Shown here: positions 46,378-57,584 of the stretch, in pieces
Position numbering within the stretch: the stretch's first letter is position 1
How the letters are laid out: every line of letters starts with the position of its first letter
DNA from: Phyllobates terribilis
Lineage: Eukaryota
Direction of reading: 5' to 3'
NCBI RefSeq assembly: GCF_046119375.1
Contig: NW_027367499.1
Span: 1 to 57,584, forward strand
Length of the DNA: 57,584 nt
Position numbers and translations under genes: made by a program
The notes under the pieces: generated by a model
Seen by the model: only the letters and a program-made list of their open reading frames with translations
Told to the model about the DNA's origin: nothing
Databases searched by the model: none

Positions 46378-49300
46378 ATGACTTCAGAAGAGAGAAGGCT
46401 TAAGATGGACGAGCAGGCCCAATCAGAGATCATGATATGTTTATCTGATGATGTGGCAAGACAAGTGATACGATTTTATACACCTAAAACTCTCTGGAAT
46501 GCCCTTGAATCCTTGTATAAATCTTTGCCTTTTACGATATCACTATTCTGTAGGTTATTAACTTATAAAATGGATATCAACTTGACTTTGAATGATAATC
46601 TAGAACAATTTCTTAGAATAACTCAGGACTTGGAAAGATGTAAAGATGTTACAGCTGAAACTCATCAAATTGTGTTGTTGTTGAATTTCTTGCTTGCTCA
46701 GCTTGACACTTTAAACGATGTGATTCAGTGTAGCTCTAATGATTTGACTAAATTAAAAATTATAGAATCTATAACTAAGAAAAATGATACCCTTAAGGTC
46801 TTTAAAAATAAAGGTGATAAGAAAACTGAGCGTAAACATGAAGTGTTAATGGTCAATGAAAAGGGCAAGAAGAAATTTAAGTAGAAAAAGTCTAAGGATA
46901 AGAAACCTAAGGCTAATAATGCTTTTGAGTATAATGAGAAGAAAAATTGTTTTTACTGTGACAAAACTAGCAACTAAATTAAGGAGGCTATAAGAAGAAG
47001 AAAGATGAATCTTCTAAAAATTAGTGTAGAACATAAAAATTTGCCTCGTTGCTTATATCTTTTGATTACTTTGAATGTAAACTGATCATGTGTACCATTA
47101 TTCTTCTTACTGTAATGACTGGATCCTTGACTCTGGGTGTACAACGCATGCTACGTTCAATAAATATCCGTGTAGCCCCCTTGTCAAATGCAATAGTGGG
47201 GTTGTAATGCTAGGAGATCATAGTTCCTTAACTATTAAAGGAATAGGGAATGTACCTTTATGTATGCATGAAGGGAAAGTTAGGATATTCCAATATGTTA
47301 GATGGGTGCCTAAATTGAGAGGTAAAAAAATGGACTTACTCTTGTAAAAAGAATTAAGAAAGTGGATTGTATCATGTTATAACCTCATCTCAATTAAATC
47401 TTACCAAAATAAGTGATAATTTGTCATTACATCAAAGTAAGGTTTGGCATAGTAGAAAGGGACACATAGATAACAAAGGTCTTAATTATTTGTTTAAACA
47501 TGGTTTAATTAGTAAAAACCATGTTGACTTGAGTTTTTCTAAAGACTGTGTGTTTGAGAAAAAAAGATTAATCATTCTTTTCAGCGGTCTTCCTATATTT
47601 CTCCAGAAAAGTGTGGCTTTATCTATTAAGATCTAAAAGTGATACTTTTGTTGCTTTTATTACTTGGAAGAATTTTGTAGAAAACCAAATTGATAACGGT
47701 TTTTAATCATTAGTTTAATGAGTATTGTCAATAACATGGCATAAAAAGACACTTGAATGAACCTGGTACATCTCAACAAAATAGAATTGCTGAAAGACTT
47801 AATAGGACTCTCCTAGAAAAATCTAGATGCATATTATTTAGCTGAGGTCTTAGTCATAGTTTATGAGGAGAAGCTGTTATGACAGTTTGCTACCTCATAA
47901 ACAGATCTCTTTCATCTGTTTTAAAATTTAAAACTCCCTAGGAATTATGGACTATAAATAAGTGAAGCATTTCACATTTGAGGCTCCTTTGATTTTTAGC
48001 TTATGCTAAGATCTGTCACGGTAAGTTTCAATCTAGAGCCATAAAATGTGCAATGCTTGGTTACCTAGAAGGAGTAAAGGGTTATAGATTTCTAGTCATT
48101 CAATCCCATGGCATGAGATTTTTTTGATAAAAGGTAAGGAGTTCGATTAATTGATATCACCACATCCATTTAAACGAGAGCCCCGAAAAAAACGGGAGCC
48201 AGAACAAACCGGCTAGAGAAAACTACAACAAAACATGCTAGGGAAAAGCAACAAGCAATGAGAGAGAAAAAGACAAGAAAGAGAAAAAACACAAGATATG
48301 ATTATAAGTGACGAATGGACCACCATAACATTGCCCTCATCTAAATGAAGGATCTTCAGGAGCCGCAATTACATGACATTGCTCTAAGTAGTAGGGGTCT
48401 TCAAGAGCCTCGAAACTAGCAAAAACATATCGGACGGTTCAAACTAGATTAAATCACCTCTCACAACACAAAGTCATCACCTGAGTCAAAGGAAGGTGGT
48501 CACGCACTAAACCACTAACTAACCCCCCGAAAACAAGAAAAAGTGGTAAAAAATTGTGCAAGAAAAAGAAAAATTAGGCCAAAAAGACCAACAATCAACA
48601 AAACAAAAGGAAACTATCCCATCCGAGGACGAAGAGCAGGAGCGATAATGCAAACACAATACTCACGTCCGAGGACGAAGATCCTAGGTTGAAAGTTTGC
48701 ACAATGATGAAAAAGGGAAGCATCACGCCGACGGAAGTAAGGGGTCGTAGATTAGAGAATCACGTCGATGAAGGTAAGGGTGAGCCAGGAGAAAACTGTG
48801 TTGGTTAAAATAATTTAAAGGAAACTTTGGAGCAAGACTTTAATGGTGAAAATTGGGACTAGCTATAGGTTTCAATCCAACAAACAAACCAGGAATCAAA
48901 GAAAAATAAAGTTGTTACAAGGTAAAATGAAGTAGAGGTGGTTGTAGTAAAATCTAAAAAAAAACTAGGATGTAGATTTTTAATTATAAATAGCCAAAAT
49001 GATAAAAAAAAAATTGCTAGATGGTAATGAGTAAATACAACATTATAATCAAAATCCCCATGTAAACTGAACCGAATAGTTCATTGGGTGTGAAGTAACA
49101 GATAAAGATTCTGAACCAGATATAGAAGGTGAAGAAACAAGGAAATTTTATGTGCCTAATGGCAACCCTCAACATCTAGAAGAGGAGTTTGACATTGGCC
49201 ATCTCTTTGTCACACACAATAGGCATTCAGAGGGAACCTTTGATGCTCAAGCTAGCACAGAAAAGGTCCCCAGGGACTCAAGGGAGGAGAGCAAGACTGA

Positions 49301-51899
49301 AAGTTTGCCCTCCCACGAAGGGCCCAATGGTGATGAATCAGGCAATGATGCTCAATAATTAACGAAGGAAAAGGTAAGATAATCTCTAACTCCATTGATA
49401 ATAATTCTCTACCTCTCTTGCATGATGATATTGTAGATGAGCAATCTGATAACATGCATGATAATGTGAATACTTGTCAATTAACAAGAGATAAAGAACT
49501 TATGGTTGTTATACCTAATATGAAGTATTTCTTCGCCAATGTTGAGCATTCTATTTTGTTTGAGAATGTGAGCCTTTTTGACTCTGCATTTATGGTTGTA
49601 TCTGTTATTAAAACTGAAAATTACACTCCAGACAGATACAAGCACGATGTCAAGTGTAAGGATTCCCTAAAATGGATAAATGCTATGAAAGATGAGTTAG
49701 AATCCAAGAAATAAATAAAACTTGTACTTTAGTTGCTAACTTGAAAGTGCCAAACTTATTGATTATAAATGGATATATAAGATTAAAGAGGAAAACCATC
49801 CTAGGTACAAAACCAGACTAGTGGTAAAATGGTATATACAAAGAGAAGGCATAGAGTATAATGACATATTTGCACCTGTTATGAAATATAAGACTCTGTG
49901 CTTGCTTCTTGCTATGTGTATTGTTTATAATTGAGAACTTGAATAAATGGACGTTAAAACTGATTTCCTACATGGCCAATTACAACCTATGGGTTTTGTG
50001 GATCAAAACATCCTAATCATGCTTGTCTGTTAAGTAAATCCATTTATGGGTTTAAACAATCTCCTAAAAACTGGAACTTGAAATTTGATGCTTGTATGAA
50101 AAAATTAGGATTTACTAGAAGCAATTTTGGTACATGTATTTATTTCAAGAATATTAAGTCTTTGACTCCCATATATGTATTGTTATATGTGGATGGCATT
50201 TTGTTAATTTCTTACTCTAAAGTGCTTATTTCTGGTGTGAAAAGAGACTTAAAGTTGTATTTTAATATGAAAGATTTAGATGTTGCCCAAATGATTTAGG
50301 AATCAAAATAATAAGAGAAGGAAAAGAGATGCATGTGGTTACCCAAAAGGACTATAGTCAAAAGGTTCTTGATAGGTTTATTATGGATAATTCCAAACCT
50401 ACGCCCTTAGGAGGGCACCTAGAACTGACCAAAGAGACTTGTCCCATAACAGCCTTAGATAAAAAGAATATGTCTAAGGTATGATATGATGTGGATATAG
50501 GTTATGGAATGTTTTCTATGTTATGCAACTGACCTAATCTAGCCTCTTCCATTAGTGTGCTTAGTAGATTCATGGCTTACCCTAGACCTGATCACTAAAC
50601 AACCATGAAATATACCCTTAGGTACATGAGTGGTACTAAGAACCTAAGTCTTGTATATTTTGAACATACTAATAAAAATGGATTACATGGATTTATGGAC
50701 TTTGACCAATCCGACAATAAGAATAATAGAAAGTCAAGAACAACTTTTCATTATACTTGGGCTAGTAACTGCATCTCTTGGAAAGCTCAACAACAATATT
50801 TTGTTGCACTTTCCTTGACTAAGGCAGAATATATTAATGCCACAGATGATGCAAAAGAAGCTTCCTGGTTAACTGGACTACTTAATGAAATTCAGTTTGT
50901 TACTTATGTTCGTGTTCTTCTCATGGATAGTCAATCTACTTTCTACTTATGTAAATATCATGTATATCATGAGAGATCTAAATATATTGATGTACGATAT
51001 CACTTCATTAGACATATTTGAGAAAAACAGATTATTGTGAAGAAAATAAAGGGTGAACCAAATCCTGCAGATTTTGGCACTAAAATTATTATTGCTGATA
51101 AATTTGGTTTTTGCATGGATAGTTTGCATATATGGGACGTGCCTTGAGGGGGAAAAAGTGTCGAAAATGGAGGAGTCCACACTCCACTCTCATCCTGGTG
51201 GATGACTGTGTTCTACAGTCTGGGATGAGCAGTGCAAGATTTAGAAAATCAAGAGGACAAATTGTGAGGTTTATGATTTCCTAAAATGTATTTGGACTTG
51301 TATTAGTGAGCTTGTAATGTTATAAGTGAGTTGTGTTGGGTCGTGTTTGATTGAGCCCAGCCTGTATTGTTGCTAGGTTGTTTTGGGCCTTGTGACTTCT
51401 CGTATATAAGTGAGAAATGAGAGAGAGACTAAAATTAACTCTAATTTTTCCCACTGTCTACTCCACCGCAACTCACAAATCCTAAAATCTTTCTCAGGTG
51501 TTTTGCTCGACCTTTGGAGAGGCAAATCTCTTGCTTCATCAGAGAACTTGTAAAGACGGCGGTGGTTCTAGATCTGGTGGTGCGTAAGTTGACGCATCTG
51601 ATACAGGAAGTGGATATCCGTTGGCTACTTCTGCGAAAGCTTCGTTGAGGGAGTACTTATAACCTTGGATCTTGAGTGATTCTGGTTGATTCATAGTTTC
51701 TGTTGTACTAGCCTTTAACAAGCCGGGATTGTTGTTTTGTTTTCTTGAAAACTGAATATCTTGTATAGTGGAATGACCTTCATCTTGAAGCCCACATACG
51801 TAGGACTTGGTCTGGATTGCGTTACAAAACCTAGTGTGTTGATCTTTCCCTTTAATTTCTTGTGTTTGAATGTGCTATTATATTACTTGGTTTAATTAT
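46378..51899 (+). mobile_element. Heavily degenerate, 5'-truncated Ty1/Copia element; 3' LTR ~51263-51899
   Basis: gag-like AQSEIMICLSDDV, PR WILDSGCTTH, integrase remnants, RT YVLLYVDGIL and RH WKAQQQYFVALSLTKAEY. Purine tract, then TGTGAGG at 51263. No 5' LTR or PBS seen; many stops. Confidence 0.85.
48119..48780 (-). mobile_element. LINE (L1-like) 3' fragment inserted in the Copia element; far boundary approximate
   Basis: On the minus strand it ends ...ccttaccttttatcaaaaaaa (poly-A-like). Composition changes abruptly within the Copia integrase region. No TSD found. Confidence 0.45.
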
Positions 51900-54800
51900 C
51901 ACTACTAGAAAACATTGTTTTAGCTACGAATCTTGATTCCGTCTCAAATATTCAACATTAGCGACGAAGTTAGCGACGGATAACACATTCATCGCAGATA
52001 TTATCACAACCTTAGAACCCGGTAGATTAGCGGCGGAATTCCGTTGCTATTTATGGTGGTAAAGGATGGCACCGAATGTTCACGATTAGCGACAGATTTC
52101 CGTCGCTAAACGTAGAGTTAGCGATGAACCAGTAATATCCGTCACTAACTCTATCTATCCCCCGTTTAGTGACGGAAATCCGTCACCAAACAGGTAAAAT
52201 TACCATCCATATTTCACCATTATCGATGGATTGTAGTCGCTAATCTGTCGCTAATCCGGGGGAGGGATACTATACTCCCAATATTTGGTGAAATTGGAGA
52301 CGGATCTCTTAAATCCTTTGCTAATTTTTGGACCCTCTCCGGTTCTGCAGGTTAGCGACGGATTAGCGACGGATAGATCCGTTGCTAACCTGTCACCTTC
52401 TATAAATTTATGCAGAATCCCTTGTTTCCCTTATTTTCGCTCCTCGTTGCCAAATTCTCTCCCTTCTCGCCCCCGCCTTAGCTTTCCGCCCAGCAGCCGC
52501 CGCCCGCCTCTCCTTTCCCTCCTCTTCTTTCCCTCCTTTCCCTCCTCTTTTCTCCCTCCTCTCCACTATGGCCCGTCACTCCCGCCGATTTGTGGAGTCG
52601 TCCGCGCCCGCCTCTCATTTACCTCCTCTTCCGCCCAACAGCCAAAGTTCGCCCGCCTGCCTCTCCCACCGATTTTTGGAGTCCCCCCGTCACTCCCGCC
52701 AGTTTCCGGAGTTCGCCCGCCCGCACGGTGTTTTCGCCTACCCAGCCGGGTACGTTTTTCTTTTCTTTTTTAAATTTGTTATATTAATAGTATTATTGTT
52801 TAGAAATTATTTATTTATTAATTGTTTAGAAAAAATATTATTAGATTGTTTATTTAGAAATTGTTTAGATATAGGTTATTAGATAGTTTATTTAGAAATT
52901 GTTTAGAAAAAAATAGTATTATTGTTTAGAAAATATCTAGGTTTTTAGATAGATTTTTTAGAATATTGTTTAGAAAAATTATATTATTGTTTAGAAAATA
53001 TATAGATTTTTAGATAGGTTTTTAAGAATTATATAGAATTTTTTAGGAATTATATAGAATGTTTTAGGAATTATATAGGATTTTTTTAGGAATTAGGTAG
53101 GATTTTTAGGAAATAGAATTATAAAGAATTATACATAGAATTTTTGTGCATTTCAGAGTTTGAATTTCGGATTTAGAATTTGTTTGAATTTTAGATTTAA
53201 AATTATATAGAATTTTATGGATTTAGATTTTTTGTGGATTTAGGGTTATATATGATTTATGTTGAAAATTATTAAAATTCTTGTGAATATAGGATTATAT
53301 ATAATTGTGGATTTAGTATTATATATATAATCATGGAATTAGAATTATATAGAAATATTTAAATTTTTGTTCGAGATTCTTACAATATTAAATATTAAAA
53401 TATAAAAATGAGAATTAGGATTTGGTGTACATGTAATACATGTGACACAATAAAATAAATTAGAGAAGATGTAATTAAGATAATAAACACGATTTGATGT
53501 GAATCTTCATCTAATTATCCATGCTACAGAGATGGATCAAGACCGTAGTTGGATGTGCATGAAGGATGAGTTTATATTTTTGACGGTTTTGGTCCCGGGT
53601 CCTAGAAATCTGAAACATCAAATGGATATATTTCTACAACCGTTAATTGCATAGTTAAACCAATTGTGGCAGTGTGGAGTCACTACATACGATGTTCATA
53701 AACGCCAGAATTTCCAACCGAAAGCGGCTCTTATATGCACAATTAGTTATTTTCCCGCATATTCTATATTATCTAGATGGAGCATTGTCGGTAGACAAGC
53801 CTTCCCTTATTGCATGAAAGAGATAGATGCATTCACGCTGCCCAAGAGTGGTAAACAATCGTGGTTTGATTACTCTCGAAAGTTTTTGCCCCGTGTCATT
53901 CATTTCGCAAAAAATGTCACAAATTTTTGTAAAGGCAAACAAGAGCAAAAAAGGCTTACGGGGGTGATAACTGGAGCTGAAATGTTAGCTGGGCTAGATC
54001 ATTTGGGGTTTAAGAAGGCATATGAACCTGGTGTGAAAAGTACTAATACTTTATTGTCCAAAAAACATGGATGGAATAAGAAAAATATCTTCTATGATTT
54101 GCCTTATTGGAGTACGAATGTCATTCAGCATAATTTAGATGTCATGCATGTTGAGAAAAACGTGTTCGATAATGTTTTCAATACCGTTCTCAATGTTCTC
54201 GGGAAAACAAAAGACAATGAAAAATCCATAGAAGAGTTGAATGACATCTGTTATCGCCCTGAGCTAGCTAAAGACAGGGCAACAGGGAAATTTCCGAAGG
54301 CAAAGTATGCATTGGATAGGGATTCAAAAAGAGTCTTGCTTGAGTGGATACAGAAAATAAAGTTTCCAGACGCGTACGCGTCTAACTTGTCCTGATGTGT
54401 TGATCCTAACAATCTGAAAATGCATGGGATAAAAAGTCATGATTGCCATGTTTTTATGCAATGACTTTTGCTAATCACTAATAGGGAGCTTCTATCGAAA
54501 GATGTGTGGGAGCAATTAACGGAGTTGAGTATCTTCTTAAAGGAGTTAACTTCCACCTCATTGACAAAAGAAGACATGTATCGTATGGATCTTGAAATCG
54601 CAAAAATAATGTGCAAGCTGGAACGTATTTTCCGCCCAATTTTTTGACTCTATGGAGCATCTCCCCCTGCATCTTCCTTATGAGGCGATGATGGCATGGC
54701 CAGTTCAATATCAATGGATGTATCCATTTGAAAGGTATTGATCTTACAATTGGTGTTTTTCCACCCATTTTTTATCTATTTATAACTAAAAGATTCCAAA

Positions 54801-56080
54801 AACAGATATTTGAGGAAGTTGGAGAAAAAGGTCAGCAATAAAGTCAGAGTAGAAGGAAGCATTAGCAGCGTATATTTGCAAGAAGAAATCGCGAAATTTG
54901 CATCTTTTTATTTCACTAAAAGTGATCCGAGGTTACCCAACCGGTTGAGAAGAAATGAAACTTGTGATATAAACGTCGATGATAATGTCGACCGACTATC
55001 ATTTTTCAAACCGAAGGGAAGGCCGTTGCATAGTAGCACCAAAAGACATCTTAATGATGTTGATATTATTGCTTCTAGGAACTATGTTCTTTTGAACTGT
55101 CCTGAAATTGAAGCTCACAAAAAGTAAGCATTGTTATAAAGTGCAATCACATATCTACTCGAAAAATGTGATTTAATTTTGGTGTTTCACTTTTAAAGGG
55201 TTTTCCTGGCCGAGTTGTGCGAAAGGAACAATGGAATAAGCGAGACAGAAATTGAAAGAAAGTTTGAGAGACTTCGCCTCTTGGTTTGAATCTCATGTAA
55301 GTACTTGTGAGATTCATTTACTCTGAGTCTTGCAAAGTGTTGGAACTCTTACAACTGTCTATTTGAACTACAGGTCAAAGATCCAACTGTCTATACCAGT
55401 CCCTTCATTCTAAGCCTTGCAAAGGGACCGTGTAGAAAGGTCAACACATATAAAGTGTACTATGTGAACGGCATCAAGTTCCTAACTCGATAATATGAGC
55501 AAGACAAGCTTACAATGAATAGCGGTGTTTGCATAAGGGAACAAAATATGTCGAGGGCGAAAATGACTTTTATGGGGTGTTAACTGACATGATTGAGTTA
55601 GACTATCCAACTCTACCAATGAAGAAGACCATCATATTCAAACGTGACTGGTTTGACCGTAGTAATAGTGGAACACACACTAACACTCGATACTACATGG
55701 TGGATGTTAATCATAGACGGAGATACAATAAGTATGAACCATTCATCTTGACACAACAAGCCAACCAAGTTCGATACTTGCAATATCCAAGTAAAAGACG
55801 GGATAAAGTAAATTGGTAGGCAACATGCAAGATTAAGGCAAGGTCAAAACTTGACATGCCCGAGACAATTGTCCCGGCCTTCCAAGACAATATCGAAGAA
55901 AATCCCCTTATCTTTAAAACAGAAGAAGATCCCACAAACTTGGCTGATCAGAATGAAGAAGCTAGCGAAGAAGCGTTGCACATTCCTCTTGTCGAAGAAC
56001 CAGAAGTTGACTTTTCATCATCGGACAAAGAGGAAGAGGAAGAAGAACTTGACTGAAGTAGATGTGTTATATATATATTG
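51900..56080 (+). mobile_element. CACTA (En/Spm) transposon, left end plus disrupted transposase; right TIR not in evidence
   Basis: Starts CACTACTAGAAAA. Subterminal repeats ttagcgacgga/tccgtcgctaa in both orientations (51950-52400). Transposase fragments VPGPRNLKHQMDIFLQPL, HNLDVMHVEKNVFDN, FPDAYASN, NKVRVEGSI and YEPFILTQQANQV. Confidence 0.9.
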
Positions 56081-56086
56081 TTCATG

Positions 56087-56300
56087 AGCAAATTTTTTAA
56101 AACCACCCCTTATTTGGGCCATTTTTCAAAAAACCACCCCTTATATCACTGATTGTTTTAAAACACCCCTTATATATATTCCGTTACCAATGCAACACCC
56201 TTATGTTTCTGCCGTTAGAAAATCCATCCAGACCTGTGTTTTACCGTTGTACCCCTGAAAATTTTTGAAAACCACAATTTTTATCAGGTTGCATGTTCGA
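56087..56300 (+). mobile_element. Possible left terminus of another MULE-like element truncating the CACTA
   Basis: gagcaaattttttaaaaccacccctt with aaa(c)caccc(c)ttat repeated about four times resembles Mutator TIRs. The partner end is not in the window. Confidence 0.4.
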
Positions 56301-57081
56301 TCAACCGGTTAAAACAACCCCCTCCTCCATCTCCATTTCTTCCCCATTCGAGTTCGATTATTAGGGTTCTTTAACAGATTCCTCCAATTCAGCGTCAAAT
56401 CAGCGTCAATTGGTAAGAAATTTTCAGGGTTTTTGTTTAATCTTCTCCTTCGATCAATTTCCCTCCTTCAATTTCCCTCCTTCAACTGACTGGAACAATT
56501 CGTGTACGAGCGGCTGGAACAAGAGCAATCTGTGGGGGTTTGAGGTAGTTTTCTCCCAGGTTTTTGCTTGGTTATTATAATTTTGGTATGATGATGCTTT
56601 ATTTTGTGGTTTATGTGGATGTGCTTGAGGGATTAACAGTTTTGGGGGGCTGGTATAAAATAAAATGTCAAATTTATTTAATAAGAATATTAATAATAGA
56701 AATTATATATAATTAAACTTCTATCATTTTTTAATAGAATATGGTTGTTTTGATGCATTATAGTATGAATAAATTCTATAGTCTAGATAGTTGAGTTCAA
56801 AAATATAATATAAGATAAGATTTAATAAAATTATAAATAAATTTAAATATTTAAGTATATAAGATTCAACGCTAGTTTTTGTTAACACTCACAACAACGA
56901 TGTTATATTGGTATATAGAGTTATGCAATTAAAAAAGTATTGATTTTTTTTAAAAAAATTGAAAATAATAGATATTAGTTAACATATTCTTATTTTTGTA
57001 CAAAAAAATTAGTAGTAAGTAAAGAAATTGAAAAGCTGTATTCAATATATAAAATGATTTGATTCTTGATAAATAGGAAGT

Positions 57082-57344
57082 TTTTTTTTTTTTTTTGGAA
57101 AAAGGAAAAAGTTAGGGGGGGCTACAACAACCGAGACGATAGCCGCCCTAGAGCATCCTTCCGGATGAGAGCCAACAGCTCTGGGTCTTCCCTCCATTCC
57201 CGCACCCCAGACAGCAAACCCAGCTTGGCAATCCTATCCGCCACCTGATTGATTTCCCGAAAAACATGCGAGAATTTGAACGCAGGACAAGACAACAGAT
57301 CAACACAAATGTAATTAACAATTTGGTTAATCTCCCAGGGACAA
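57082..57344 (-). mobile_element. 5'-truncated L1-type LINE insertion (~263 bp), RNase H-like C-terminus plus poly(A)
   Basis: Minus-strand FSHVFREINQVADRIAKLGL...RLL*, a T-run at 57081-57096, and a perfect 15-bp TSD TGATAAATAGGAAGT (57067-57081 and 57345-57359). Confidence 0.9.
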
Positions 57345-57584
57345 TGATAAATAGGAAGTCTAAAATAACAACACATTGAGTAATTCTGTTATTATTTATC
57401 TCTTTCTAAGAAATTATTTTAAAAAATATTTATATTAGACATTTTTATGACAAAATATGTAATAGCTAATAGATTTCGAGAGAAGAGTCTCTCGTTTAGA
57501 AAAAGCATAATATAAGTCATTTAAAATTAAACAAAAATCGTATTTTATTAGTGCAAGTCCATGTCTAATATTCAAATAGCCAAT

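Noticed and set aside
52285-52882. Pro/Ser-rich ORFs in the CACTA left arm
   Set aside because: Low-complexity C/T-rich leader sequence with several overlapping open frames and no recognisable protein.

Overview
Plant (eudicot-like) nuclear DNA. It holds three multi-exon host genes: an ABCC1/2 (MRP) transporter (+), an NPH3/RPT2-family BTB protein (+) and TIM50 (-). There is also a tRNA-Ile(AAT), a small putative conserved gene and a decayed APX3-like pseudogene. Much of the intergenic space is transposon-derived: Stowaway and Mutator MITEs, solo LTRs, two Copia elements, LINE 3' ends, a truncated CACTA and MULE remnants. The most striking object is a ~10.3-kb Mutator-like element (~31338-41677) about 220 bp upstream of TIM50. 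It carries three genes: a disrupted FAR1/MULE-SWIM transposase with a C-terminal OTU-type protease, an intact two-exon 173-aa gene resembling a Myb/SANT-like DNA-binding protein, and an intact seven-exon 730-aa Plant Mobile Domain gene on the opposite strand. Its ends and its transposase promoter carry a CGTGACG motif phased at ~24 bp with unrelated spacers. I infer this may be a transposon-encoded regulatory or anti-silencing module; this is untested. All family assignments come from recalled motifs, not database searches. Scattered 1-bp indels in short mononucleotide runs in the host genes suggest assembly errors.
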